Shown: positions 1 to 12,610 of the stretch, piece by piece
Layout: each line of letters starts with the position of its first letter
Numbering within the stretch: position 1 is the first letter of the stretch
Position numbers and translations under genes: made by a program
Assembly: GCA_038087875.1 (NCBI GenBank)
Contig: CM075982.1
Coordinates: forward strand, 22,568,001 to 22,632,000
DNA length: 64,000 bases
Origin: Malacoraja senta
Lineage: Eukaryota
Reading direction: 5' to 3'
Notes under the pieces: generated by a model
What the model saw: only the letters and a program-made list of their open reading frames with translations
Database searches by the model: none
Told to the model about the DNA's origin: nothing

Positions 1-90
1 TTACAGAGTTGATAAAGTGGTAACTGTTGCACTGTATATTGTGGCATTATTAGCTTAGATATTTGATCAGATTTGTCAGGCCAATCAATG

Positions 91-170
91 AAACATAGAA
101 ACATAGAAAATAGGTGCAGGAGTAGGCCATTCGGCCCATTCGAGCCTGCAATATGATCATGGCTGATCAA
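91..170 (-). mobile_element. CR1/HER1-type LINE 3' tail fragment
   Basis: aaacatagaaacatagaaaataggtgcaggagtaggccattcggccc; the same tail occurs at 23091 with an octamer tandem end. Confidence 0.7.
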
Positions 171-1289
171 ATTTCTCAATTAAAATATTTGTCCAAAATT
201 CCAGCAAGGCCATCATTACAGGGTAAATTAAACAACTTCACGAGTCTGCTTGGGGCCAAAAATATGCAGTTAAATGCAAAAATTCTAACAACTACCATTT
301 GCTGCTGATCCACAAACTTTGCTACACTGATGGCTTGCAAGGATTTCAATGCTGAGTTTATTAGTGAAGGTGTCCGCCCGTTCGTAACTCACAAAACACA
401 CTCCCTCGCTTTTGTTTATACCCTATGATTTTACCATGAACTGAGAAACGGCAGATGATGTATTTCAAGAACTAGTGCTTTGACTATATGATTGTAATTA
501 TCTGCAAGTAATGATTTTCTTTTAATGCAACTCTTGCACATGTATAATAGTTTTATGCTTGGCACATTTTTCAAATGGTGATGGCTTTGTGTTCTTCAAT
601 AAATATGTTTATTGTATATGCACACATCCATTATTTCTCCAAACATCAAACATATCGGGCATAATGCACAGCTGGATGGCGTGTACTATTGTGTGTCTTG
701 CGTTAATGCCAGAGTCTCAGTCCCAGATAAACCAATATTGTATTTGCACTACATGGGGAGGGTGGAGGGGGAGAGAACAGAAGGGATTTTTTTTCCGATA
801 ATTAATATGCTGGAAAGACTCAGCTGGGCAGATAGTATCATATATTTGTAGAGTTACACCACAGAAACAAGCCCTTTGACCCTCCCATTTGCACTAATTG
901 TACCTTTAAAAAATAAACAATTTATTCTTCCTGCATGTGTGGAAAGAAAAACAGAGTTAATGTTTGCGGTTGAAGCTGCTTTGTCAGATGAGAATGAAAG
1001 AAAATAAGCTTGTTTTAAGTGGGGGGAGAATTGGATAGAACAAATGGGATACCTCGGAGGGTGAGGTCAGCATTGCTGTGGGGAAATTGTCGAGGTCATC
1101 TGAACGATAGAGCCAGTTGAGGGGGAAAAGATATAAATCAAAGAAGATGAAAAGTTTCAAAATGCAGGGCTATGGGACCTGCCCAGCTGATCAGGCTATG
1201 TTAAAGGGGAGAGAAGAAACTGGGTCAATATCTTAGATGGATTCCCTGTAGCTGAATTTAAAACCTGGAAACTGGACTATTTAGTTAAC

Positions 1290-2335
1290 AACAGCAGTAG
1301 GTAAATTACTGAGGGGGATTCTGAGGGATAAGGTATATGCATTTGGGAAGGCAGGTTGATTTTAGGATTGATACCCCTGACTGGTGATGTGCCTCAGGAA
1401 TCTGTGCTGGGCTCATTGCTGTTTATCATCTATATCAACGATTTGGAAGAGAATGTACAATGTATGATTAGTATGTTTGCAGATGACACCAGAATAGGTG
1501 GTATCATGGATGGTGAAGAAGATTAACAATAGTTATAGCAGGATCTTGATTTGTCTTGATTGAGTGGGCCAAGGAATGGTAAAATGAGTTTCACTCAAAG
1601 TATGAGGTGTTGCATTTTGGGAAGATAAACCAAGATGGGGCCTTTACAGTGGAGACCAGGGGGCCTTTACATAGTCCCCCTTGTGTGGAGTCACTGGTAG
1701 GCATGGTAGTGTACAAGGCTTTTAGGTTAGGACATTGAGTTGAAGATCCATGTTATTTTGCAGGGAATGGAGGGGTATCAATCATGTATAGGCAGAAGGG
1801 ATTAGTTTAATTTGGCATCATATTTGGTACAGACATTGTGAGTCAAAAAGCCTGTACCTGTGCTGTACTGTTCTTTCCATTTAAAAATAGATGTACTAGA
1901 CATTGATGAGGCTGTATTTGGAGTATTGTTCCGTTTTGGCCACACTGCTGTGGGAAACATGCTATTAAGCTAGAAAGAGTGCAGACATGATTTGAGGATG
2001 CTGCCAGAATTCATGGGACTGAGTTATCAGGAGAGGTTGGGCAGGCTAGAACATTATTCATTGGAGCCTAGGAGACAAGGGAGAGTATAAAATTCAAAGG
2101 GGCATGGTTAGGGTGAATGCTCAGTCTTTTTCCCATTGTTAGGGAATTGGTATATATATGGAACAAGCTCCAGCGGAAATAGTGGAGCCAGGTACAATAA
2201 CAGCATTTAAAAGATATTGAGAAGAAAGATTTAGTGGACAATTTGTGCTAATCTAGATGGGCATCTAGGACAACATGGATGTGTTGGGCTGAGTTGGACT
2301 GAAGGGCCTGTTTGGGTGCTTTGTGACTCTTACTA
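1290..2335 (+). mobile_element. Degenerate CR1-clade LINE, RT C-terminal half to 3' UTR
   Basis: Remnant motifs VPQESVLGSLLFIIYINDL (about 1390-1445) and FADDT (about 1476-1490), followed by the 3' tail gggctga...gaagggcctgttt...gtgctttgtgactct. Confidence 0.85.
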
Positions 2336-2469
2336 TAAATAGCCACTTTAATAAAGACATATTTTCCTGGTGTGGTCCAGAAGGATTTGAGTTGTGTTAA
2401 CTCCAAACTCAATTAAAGTAAAAACCACTCAAGTTCTGGGTTTTACTTCCCTGTGCTTGGATAATTTGT

Positions 2470-2904
2470 CACGGCACCCCTTTGCCACGCAAGCCCAAGA
2501 GCTGCTCTGCACAACACCGGCTGACGCTTCTAATGCTGCCTGGGTCAAGACGAGATGGAGAGACCAGTGGAAGTCAGCGGAACCATCTAGGCTACACCAT
2601 TACATCGATGACCCCATGGACGTCCCTGGCCAGGACCTGCCCCGAAAGCAGTGGACAACCCTCAACCGCTTGAGGACAGGCATCGGACGCTATGGAGTAG
2701 CGATGAAGAGGTGGGGCCTCGTGGACAGCGCCTCCTCTGAGTGTGGGGACCCAACACAGACAGTGGAGCACATAGTCACCAGTTGCCCCAAACACCGGCC
2801 ACCGAATGGTGAACGAGGTCTGATTGACCCGGACGATGACACGTTGGCCTGGCTCGCCTCAACGGAGCTGCAGGTCTAAAAGACACACGACAGAAGAAGA
2901 AGAA
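2470..2904 (+). mobile_element. 5'-truncated non-LTR retrotransposon, Vingi/Ingi-like C-terminus, with 11-bp TSD
   Basis: Open frame with WTTLNRLRTGIGR...ECGDPTQTVEHIVTSCP (zinc-knuckle-like) ending at 2879, a short 3' UTR and a (GAA)n tail. Perfect TSD ggataatttgt at 2459-2469 and 2905-2915. Confidence 0.8.
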
Positions 2905-3624
2905 GGATAATTTGTGATCAAATTATTTATCTGTGGCAATTGCTGCAAGGCTGAAGTCGGCAAGTGAATATAGTTTTAGTCTGCATCTGTCTTGGAGTAA
3001 TAGCATCTGCTCTCTATAAACGGCAGGTTTCAGTTATTTTGATTCTATTGTTTTTGAAAACTTTTGTATAATATTCTCCAATAGTCCACACAAAACAGAC
3101 CAACATCGCCCAGAAGAGGAATCTTTCATCCTAAGAGTGCACACATTTGAGTCCAAAATGCAATAGATTAAAATAGTTATTGGCAGAATTTCCAGTATGA
3201 GTGATGTGGTTCATATCACAATGAATGTTGCATTATAATGAGGATTCAAAGTCACAAGAATTACTGGATGATTACATCATGAAGGAGGCTTATTGAGTCC
3301 ATACCACCTCTGTGCTAAAGCAATTCAGTTTTCCCGATAGCCCTGCAGATTATTTTCATTCAATTTTCTTAGCCAGTGACCTTCTGAATGCTACAATTGA
3401 CTTTTTTTTTTAACAACTACTGGAAATGTGTTACAAACTCTAATCAATGGCTCTGTCTATTTTTGTCTTGTCACATTCTAAATCAATCACCTTCTTTTTT
3501 GCTCCCAAGTTCTGGAGCCTTCTGGTTCAAATGTGTGTACGGATATGATGTTCGGAACAGTATAAATGCTTCTTGAAGTGTCCCACCTTTTGAAGTAGCT
3601 CTGGCATGTCATGGAAGATCACTT

Positions 3625-3770
3625 ATGTGTAGGAAGGCTCCAGCATTTTGTGTCTACCTTCGATTTAAACCAGCATCTCCAGTTCTTTCCTACACAAGGA
3701 ACTGCAGATGCTGGTTTAAACCGAAGATAGACACAAAAAGCTGGAGTAACTCAGCGGGACAGGCAGCATT
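3625..3770. repeat. Penelope-associated terminal repeat in fold-back arrangement
   Basis: ctccagcattttgtgtctaccttcgatttaaaccagcatct...cctacac followed by its own reverse complement ...agatgctggtttaaaccgaagatagacacaaaaagctggag. Confidence 0.7.
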
Positions 3771-5139
3771 ACTTTGTAGTTTCAACTATGTAGCACTTCA
3801 TACATGTAGCAGGATTTAAAAGCTGTCAAAGAAGTTAAGCTGCCCCCTGTAACTTTCTTAATCTCAAACTCTGCAGTTAGAGCCGGAAGTCACTGCACTG
3901 AAGTTAGTTTTTAATTTTTTACCTTTTTATTAGAAATTGAAAATGTTATTTTGCAAGTCTTTCAAAGGTGCAAAGTCACAACATTTGTGTACGTTTTGAT
4001 TATGTGGAATTAAAAGGAGCATCCTGGGAAAAATAATCAATTGTGACATAGATTTCATTTTAATGGAATGTTCAGGCATGAAATGCCTCCACACATCTCA
4101 TGGTGGACAGCAGGAAAGCCCATTTTCCTGAAGAAATAGTGGAAAGCCTCATCTCAAGAACTTGCAGCGAGGAAGAGTAACTGAGAGAAAGAGATGGCGT
4201 CCTTGCAAGGGATAGGGTGGTAGTGTAGTCTCGGAAGCTGGTGTGTGTGTCATAAGACAAGAGTAGCTGGTTTAAAGGAGGGTGAGAGATTTTTGGGGTG
4301 ACAGCTGAGGGGTGGAATCCAAGTTTGGGGCCACATTACTGAAGACACAATTGCTGAATTCCCAAAGGACTGAGTTGCAGGAACTTGACATTCTTTAATC
4401 GTTTTTATTTATTTGTTCATGGATTGGATATTGCTGGTAAGGCCAGTGTTTATTGTCCATTCCTAATTGCTTCTGAACCGAGGAAGCAGTTAAGAGCTAA
4501 CCACAGTTAAGAGCTAATATCTAAGGGATAAAAGAGTGGCATGAATGGGAAGCCCAGAAACAATGGAGAGTTAGAAAAATCAGAATGAATTGGGAAATAT
4601 ACAACCAAGGAGGTGGGTACAATAATGGCATGTAAGGTATGGTGTTGTGGGCATGCAACTACATTGGAATATGGGGAAACTGAGGAAAACAGTCAAAGGC
4701 AAGACTGGAAGTAGCAGTGGTGAGCAGAGGTAATGGTGGTGGGATCCCATAGAAATGAAAGAAAGCAATGTTTATGATACTTGGTATGTGAGGTTGAAGC
4801 AGTAGGAGCATTGAAGCCGAGCTTGATCAGAGAGCTGACAATGTGGATAGAATCAGAGGATGGATTGTATTTCTTGGCAGGAATAGAACTGAATCACAGC
4901 TGTTGCGTTTTAAATGTCAGTTTAAAAATAGTGAACATTCAGGCAGGAGGATGTGCAGGTAGGGCAAGCCATATAGTGTTTAGTAAAAATATAGAGGAAC
5001 AGAGTCGGAGGTTTGAAAATGGGTTTCAATTGAGGCCTGGATAACGAGATTCATAATTACTTTAAAGATGTTTTTATTGTCTCTTTATACTTTTCTGTCT
5101 TCTAAACTAAATGCAACCTTAAAAATGGGGTAAGATTCC

Positions 5140-5590
5140 AATGCACAGCAATGCAAGAGGCTGCAAAGAGTGGTGGACTCAGCCTAATTCATCACAAGCA
5201 GAGCCCTCTCACCCATTGAAAATGTCTACAAGAGGCACTGCCTCAAAAAAGCATATCTATCATCAGTCGTCTCTGTCATCCAGGCTATGCTCTCTTCTTG
5301 CTGCTATTGTTAGGCAGGAGGTTCAGAAGCGTGAAGTACCGTAACATCAGGTTCAGGAGCAGCTATATTCCTACAGGTTCTTGAACCAACTTGCAAGAAC
5401 GCTACAAACCCACACTTGCATGGCCATGACTTGTTTTTTAGATGTGTTTTGCACTAATGTTTTGTTTCTTGCACAATTGTTTTATTTTCACTGTTTTGTA
5501 TAATTTTTTTTTTTGTGTGTTTATGTGCCTGTAATGCTGCTGTACCTATACCTCGTCATACTTGTGCTTATGACAATAAACTCAACTTGC
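5140..5590 (+). mobile_element. Degenerate LINE 3' end (Rex1/Babar-like)
   Basis: LQRVV.SA..IT-like remnant, aggttcaggagcagc motif and a tail ending gacaataaactcaacttg; similar to 8770-9185. Confidence 0.55.
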
Positions 5591-6764
5591 CTGGAGCAGG
5601 ACATTCTCATTCCTTATTGCGAAATTTGCACTAATTTGTGTGGATGCAAAATGTTGGTTGTAGTAGGCACACTGGAATGTAATCCAACAGGAAACGCATT
5701 ACAAAAGGAACAATGACGCTTTGATATTGACTGAACCACACAGAACCTAAGTGGTAAATGAGCAAAAAACAAACCTCTAGAAGAAATTAAGTGGATCAGG
5801 CAGCATCTGTGGAGGGAAATGGACAGAGAATATTTCAGGACGCAGTCGTCTTCAGGACTACAGTAGAAGGGAACTAGCTAATAGTAAGTGGTGGGGCAAT
5901 GGCTTAGTTGGCAAATGTGTCAGGTGGGATGGAAATAATATCAAGGCTGGAGGTGATAAGTGGTGAAAGCAAAGGGCTACAGTTAGTAAGGTGCTCAAGT
6001 TTCCACTATCGGAAATCTCTTGTCTCCATTTTAATGTGAAGAGATTCTCAAATTTGTTTAAAATGGATGGTGTCAGGTGTGCTTACGAGTCTGCTCCATG
6101 TTTGTGATCATACTCTTAGCTGCCTTGACCCCAAGCTTTGCACTTTCTTTCTGACAGCAGCCTTTTTGACCAAGCTTTTGGTCATCTTTCGTAATATTTC
6201 AAAGTAGTTTGTTGTCAGCTTTTCATGCTGCACCTGAGGATATTCTGTGGAAATGCCAATGATTCTAATTTGCTCCATTAGAGTTAAAAAAAAAAGAATT
6301 ATTGATTAGACTCATTTTCAAGAAGAAACTTCTATACCCCAAGAACAATATGGGATGCTTCCAAGGGAATGAAGTAAATAAAGTAGGCACGATGTGAGGT
6401 AAGCATATGAGGAAGGGAGTAGAGAGTCGCACTGAGAGGTTTAGTTGAAAGATCAGGAACGGCCTGAATGGAGCTTAAATGACAGCATTGACTAGCTGGT
6501 CTGCATAGTTTGTTTCTGTTCTGTAATTCTTATGTAATCTGCAGTCAAAATAGTCAATCAAACCTGCCTAAAAACATACATTTGTGTTACAGGGCTCATA
6601 GATGGCCGATAAGGTGAGACATGATGAAACGGAACTTTTTCCATAAACAAAAGTATCTAATTTGACCTTGAGCTAAACTTTAAACTCTCATCACCTTCAT
6701 TGAAATAATTTGGTGTTTCATGAGAGAAAATGATATTTAATGAGCAAACATGACGCTGTAGCCG

Positions 6765-7063
6765 TCACGGTGGCACAGCGATAGAGTGACTGCCTTACAG
6801 CGAATGCAGCGCCGGAGACCCAGGTTCGATCCCGACTACGGGTGTTGTCTGTACGGAGTTTTACGTTCTCCCCGTGATCTGCGTGGGTTTTCTCCGAGAT
6901 CTTCGGTTTCCTCCCACACTCCAAAGACATATAGGTTTGTAGGTTAATTGGCTTGGTAAATGTAAAAATTGTCCCTGATAGGTATAGGATAGTATTAATG
7001 TGCGGGGTTTGCTGGCTGGCGTGGGCCGAAGGGCCTGTTTCGGCGCTGTATTTCTAAACTAAA
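6765..7063 (+). mobile_element. tRNA-derived SINE (HE1/V-SINE type), full length
   Basis: A-box-like tggcacagcgatag, B-box ggttcgatccc, central ggtttcctcccacactccaaagac domain, CR1-like tail gggccgaagggcctgtttc...ctaaactaaa. Confidence 0.88.
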
Positions 7064-8769
7064 ACCTCCAGGTAATGAGATGAAAACTGCTTTATCAATT
7101 GTAGTTCAATTCTGTTAGATTCAAAATGTATGCATGTGGAGTACATTCATATTAAATCTCTTTTGGTGGTCATCCGTCGACGGGGTGGAGAGGGGGATAA
7201 ATGGTGAGGTGTCCTTGTAGAGTCACGGGTTTTAATTTCACTCAATGTCCTTGAAAGAGGTTTTACAATCTGGCACACTCAGTGATTTATTGATAAATAC
7301 TCTGGATTATTGGATGTTATTCCAATTTATACTTCAACTTTTATTTCGCTTTTTAAAATGTTACAATGTGATAAATTTTCTAGCGACAAAAAGGTTGAGA
7401 GGGTCACGGAAATGGGGCTGTGAAGAGCTTAAAGGCAAAAGAGAAAACAATACAAGTTTCAAGAAAGTGTGGAAGTGGGGCAGTTGAGCACCAGATATGC
7501 TGGATGCTAAACATAGATATTTCTGAAAAATTGGCAGGTGGAATATCAGACATGTAAGAAGGAACTGGAGATGCTGGTTTAAACCAAAGAGTAACCGCTG
7601 AGTTACTCCAGCTTTTTGTGTCTATCTTCGGAATATCAGACATGTTGTTTCAGTTTGTAGGGCTGTGGGCATTGGCCAGTCAGTATCCTCCGATTGCTCC
7701 CGCGGTGTGTCTTATTTAGGTCACAAAATATTTTCTTTGAATCGAGTGTTTACTGATTGAGCTTTGTTAAATTGGACGGATGAAATGTCTGATGAAGAGG
7801 AAAGGCAGAATTTCTTTTGGACTGAAATTTATTGGCTGCGATCTTAATGCCAGCTTTGGTTAAGGGGTAGCTTCCTTGTTTCCAAGTCAGTTTCACGATA
7901 AATTAACTTTTCTTTGCATCTATTTGTGTAAATATATCATATTTATACCCATTACCGCGGTCCTGATTTTCCTCCTAGGAGAGGTAGGTAGCATTCTGTG
8001 ATTTTAAAAAATTCTACACAAAGCCCTTAGTCCAGATTGCCATTTCACTGTACTGAAGGAGTGCTGTAATCCCAGTGATGCTCTCTTTCAGATTAGACAT
8101 TGAATGAGTTGTCTTCTTAAATGAACATTTCGAATGCTAATGATGCTCAAGGATATTTTTCCTGGCTAATATTTATTGTTCAGCGACTAGTGGAAGATTG
8201 CAAATTTCTTATCCCAATTAATATATATTTAAACAATGCCTCCATTTCATAAGTATTCTCTGGTTACATAGAGAGAATAGAAAATACTCAAGACATTCAG
8301 CAGATCAAGCAGTATCTGTGGAAAAATAAACTTGATGTTTCAGGCCCGAAGACACCTGGACCTGAATTGTTAACTGTTTCTCTCTCCACAAATGATGCCT
8401 GGCCTGTTCAGTGTTTCCATTGTATGTTTTACATTTTAGATTTCTAGCCTGTGCAGTTTTTGTTTTATTTTGATGTACTTTGCTAAACACACACTGTAAA
8501 AGGACTTGTATGAACAGTGATAATTGTTAGACTAATTCTAATTTATCCTTTCTGTCGTCAAGGAAAGAGGGCACTGCTGTTTTAAAAAAAATTAACACCA
8601 CAGTTAATGTGTGAGATTGTGCAGATATTTATCTGATTATGGGACCAGGGTTTTTGAGGGAGAGAGAGAGAGGGAACTTTAATCTGCCAACTGTTGGTAC
8701 CCTCCAACTCGATGTCAGCAAAACAGAGGAAGTGGGTGGAGTACACGGCCCAGTCTGTATTAGCGCAAA

Positions 8770-9025
8770 AATGGAGATTGTCGAGAGGGCTTCCATTTCC
8801 TAAGAATCACCAGCAATTTGTCCTGGTCCCACCACAACATTGATGTGATATCTCTGAAAGTACACCTTTACTTCCTCACGGGAAAGGAAAATTTGGCATG
8901 TCCAGGTTCAGGAACAGCTTCTTCCCTGCAGCCATCAGGCTATTAAACACTACAACCTCGTTTGTCTCTGAACCACAATAGACTATTATTATTATTGTTG
9001 CACTGTTTTGTTTGTTTTTTGAGTA

Positions 9026-9061
<36 letters not shown>

Positions 9062-9185
9062 CACACAGCTTTTCTTTTCTCTCGTTTGTTATATGTTTGC
9101 ATATTCTGTTGTGCTGCAGCAAGTAAGAATTTCATTGTTCTATCTGGGACATATGATATTAAAACACTCTTGACTCTCTTGAGTC
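8770..9185 (+). mobile_element. Degenerate LINE 3' end (Rex1/Babar-like) with an internal (GT)n(AT)n microsatellite
   Basis: aggttcaggaacagcttcttccctgcagccatcaggctattaaac (RFRNSFFPAAIRLLN); microsatellite at about 9025-9066; tail attaaaacactcttgact. Confidence 0.65.
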
Positions 9186-9454
9186 TTGAAAGATCAATAC
9201 CAAAAGCAACTCTGAAACTTCAAACTTGTTAAATTTTACATGCAGTAACCCCTCCCCCAATCTCCAGCCAAAACTAGTGCAGGTGACCCCCGTTCTATAG
9301 GGATAGGGTGGTTGTTCCTAGAATACGCTCCATATTGTGATTTTTTATGACGTAGCACAGCATGGTCTGTGAATGCATTTGGATTTGTGAATTTTTAACA
9401 TTTCTTTACTTTTTTTCCCACACTTTTCCAAAGAGCAAATTCTGTGTCGTAGAA

Positions 9455-10295
9455 TTTCAAGTTCAAGTTACATTTATTATCGCATGCACCAATTGGTGCA
9501 GCGAGATTTGAATTACCATACCCAATTGGTGCAGTGAGATTTGAATTACCATACAGCCATACGAATAAAAAGAACACAACACATGATAGAATTTAACATG
9601 AACATCCCACACAGCGGAATCGAGGTTTCCCACTGTGAGGGAAGGCAATAAAGTTCAGTCATCTTCCTCTTTGTTCACCTGTGGTCGGGGCCTTTGGGCC
9701 CTCCGCAGTCGCCCCTACGGCGGCCCGATGTTTCAGGCCCTCTCGCTGGGATAATCGGAACTCCGACGTCGGAACGGAAGAACACTCTCAGCGGCTTGGA
9801 GTTTCCGTATCCGCCACTTCTTACCGGAGACCGAGGCTCCCGAAGTCAACAGGCCAAGCTGGGAGGAGATTCAACACTGGTGAGGATCCCAGGACTCCGC
9901 GATGTTAAAGTTAGCCCCGCGGCTAGAAGCTCCGCAAACCACAGCTCCACGATGTTAAAGCAGCAGGCCCAACACTCCAGAGCCTCAACATGGCGATCCC
10001 CGGTAAGGCATCGCCCGCTCCGCGATGGTAAATCAGTGCTGCGCCGCTGCTGAAGCTCTGGCCGGTCTCCGGCAGGAAAGGCCGTGCCAATCCAGATGGT
10101 AGGCCGCGGGGGGTGGGGGGGGGGGCGAAGAAGCGACTCAGAGAATAGACGCATCCTTGACCAGGAAGTGACTGAGTCAAGTGACTATTGGCTGCTTTAA
10201 CATCCGGTTTCCGCCTTCCCCTCCCCACCTCCCCACATAAAAAACAGACAAAAAATAACAAAAAAGGTTAAATGACAAACAGACTGCTGGCGAGT
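9455..10295 (-). mobile_element. GC-rich non-autonomous retroposon with (TTGAAC)n tail, unclassified
   Basis: Minus-strand 3' end ...gataataaatgtaacttgaacttgaa. Both ends are shared with the copy at 37096-37790 and the tail with 49228-49360. Internal 33-bp tandem duplication at about 9488-9553. Confidence 0.65.
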
Positions 10296-11259
10296 GACTG
10301 AATGACCCGATGACTGAAATACTAGTAGTGATTTGTGAATTCCTTAAGGGAGAACTTTCGTTGCCTGAACTGCTGTAAAGCTGGGGTTATTGTGTGAATA
10401 AGCTTCACAGTTGCTTGTGCTGTACTGAGCTTGCTGGTCATAACAAAACTGAGTGGAAACGTATCCATACAGTGCGTAGTCAGTAAAATCCTCAGGAGTT
10501 CAAATACAGATTTTATTCTCTATGCAGAATGTTTTGAGATCTTGCACAACAGCACGATAATGAATCAGTGGTTACAGGCCTGTCATTCGGAGTGGAAGCA
10601 GTTTGTGGAAATGATTTAAGAATATTGCAAAACAAAAGTATCACATGCTGGAACATTGGCACAGATAGTTTTCTCTCCCTTATTGGCAGTGACTGCTGGA
10701 AAGGCACGACAAAGGAGTCAAAGGCTTTTATCTTACTTGGTCAGCCTGATATTCTATTTTTTCCCCTTCTATGAACAAGTTGTAGAATAAAAGGAACTGC
10801 AATAATCCTTTCAAAAGCAATTAACATCATATGTTCTCTACAGTAAGGTTTTATGATCAATTATGCTTTCATTTCAATCCCATTCAACTGCATGTCATTC
10901 TGTAGACCACAGTGTATGTATTTTAAGGCGGGTCTGGTAGTTGACTTCAGAGAAACTGATGTTCGTTTGCGGCCAACTTTATTAGCTAGGAAGTGCAAAT
11001 TTCAAAACCAAGATGTTTGAATCAGTCTTATGAAATATAGGCACTCCCCTACTTGTGTAATGGTTGACATGTGTAAACTCGCACAATGGCTGGTCCCGTT
11101 TCCTGAATTATCTGTTATTGCAAAAGGAGGATGGCAAGGGCTTCCCGTCTTCAGGATAGGAAAGCGTTACCTGTGCTCGCTACTCTTCCAGTTTAAGCCA
11201 CTGTTGGTGTAACACTGGAAAGGCGAGTGAGAACGAGGGAGGCAGTGGAGAGTAATTCC

Positions 11260-11480
11260 TCGCCGAGTCACTGACATCTTCCACAAGGTGCATTAGCGAG
11301 TGCTCCTTCACCAGCTGCCGCACCATCCAGCTGGCATGGCTGTTGTTGTGGCTCACGTTGTAGCCCCTGGCTGACAGCGCAGGGTTCAGGCCACAGACAG
11401 GACGCTCTCAGTCACCATGGAACTCCCCCCCACTAGCTGCAGCTTCTTCCACCACTGCCTCCTCCTCCTCCCCCCGTCGC
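11260..11480 (-). pseudogene. Linker histone H1-like globular-domain fragment (degenerate)
   Basis: Minus strand reads MVTESVLSVA, then after a frameshift/deletion ALSARGYNVSHNNSHASWMVRQLVKEHSLMHLVEDVSDS; compare H1 [40 protein letters not shown]. Confidence 0.6.
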
Positions 11481-11689
11481 TTTGTTTGTCCCCCCCTCTC
11501 CACTGCCGCCTCCACCTCCTCACCTGGAGTCACCAAAATCACTTTTGACAGTGGTGGAAGGGAGAGTGGCAAAGGTATTGATGATTTTGGGGGAGAAGTA
11601 GGCAACAGAAGAGGGGGGAGCGGACAAAGTGAAAGCCGACAAGAAGAAACAGTAACCAGTTAGAGGGAAGGGAGTCCTACAATGATAAA

Positions 11690-11782
11690 GCGGGTCATGT
11701 CCCTGGTGGTGGTTCGAAGAAAGTGCTGTTGGCCCGGGCTTCAACATGAGCCACAACAACAGCCGCGTCAACCGGGTGTGCC
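11690..11782 (+). pseudogene. Second H1-like fragment (degenerate), inverted relative to the first
   Basis: With frameshifts reads MSLVV / KKVLLAR / FNMSHNNSRVNRV. tgagccacaacaacagcc (11747-11764) is the exact reverse complement of 11338-11355. Confidence 0.55.
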
Positions 11783-11807
11783 ATCAGTGCCTAGTTTTAA
11801 GGTGAAA

Positions 11808-12020
11808 TTACACAAAATGCTGGAGGATAGTCAGGGAACATCTCTGGAGAACATGGATTGGTGATGTTTCGTGTCGGGGCCCTTCTACAGACTCGAAGGA
11901 TCCTGTCCAAAAATGTCACCGATCCATGTTCTCCAGAGGTGCTGCCTGACCCGCTGAGTTGCTCCAGCACTTCATATTATTTTATGTATTTACCAGAATC
12001 TGCAGTACTTTGTTTTTATC
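11808..12020. repeat. Back-to-back Penelope-associated terminal repeats
   Basis: acacaaaatgctggagg...gatgtttcg...ccttctacagac, then the inverse ...atgtcacc...gctgcctgacccgctgagttgctccagcac. Confidence 0.65.
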
Positions 12021-12289
12021 TACTAGTTTTAAGGTGATTCCGACTAGCATAAAATCGGATGTGCAAGGGTATACAGAACTTAATCCTTGTGCCTGTATTG
12101 CATATAGATGAAAAAACTTTCAACAGGCTGCTGGTATGTAAAGTGGTCAGTTCTTGCAAGAATTTGGAATTAATTAATTATAGCAAAGGATTAAATTTGC
12201 TGCAATTTTATCAGATAAAAGCTATTTCGAGCAGTTGGGTGGAGTGTCATTTAAGACTGGAACCTAAGTTCTCATTTTTCACGGTCATA

Positions 12290-12610
12290 AACATAGAACA
12301 GCACATGGATAGCACATTACAGCACATGGATAGGCTTTTCGGCCCACAGTGCCAAACATGATGCCAACATAAACTAAACTCATCTGCTTGCACCTGATCC
12401 TTATCCCTCCATATCCTGCATATTCATATGCCTATCTAAAAGCCTCTTAAATGCCACCATTATCTGCCTCCCCCACCAGCTTTCATGCACCCACCACTTA
12501 AAACGCCCCCCCCCCCCAAAAAAAAACCCACCTTGCACATCTCCTTTAAACTTTGCCACCCTCACCTTGAAGCTGTGCTTCTAGTCTTTGATATTTCCAC
12601 TACGGGTGAA
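12290..12610 (-). mobile_element. CR1-type LINE 3' fragment
   Basis: catagaacagcac...aggcttttcggcccac...taaactaa; typical reverse-strand CR1 3' region. Confidence 0.6.

Noticed and set aside
6765-6840. tRNA gene
   Set aside because: The A/B boxes belong to a SINE head followed by the V-domain and LINE tail; no complete cloverleaf.
9681-10261. Overlapping ORFs on both strands
   Set aside because: GC-rich repeat interior with few stop codons; no protein motif recognised.
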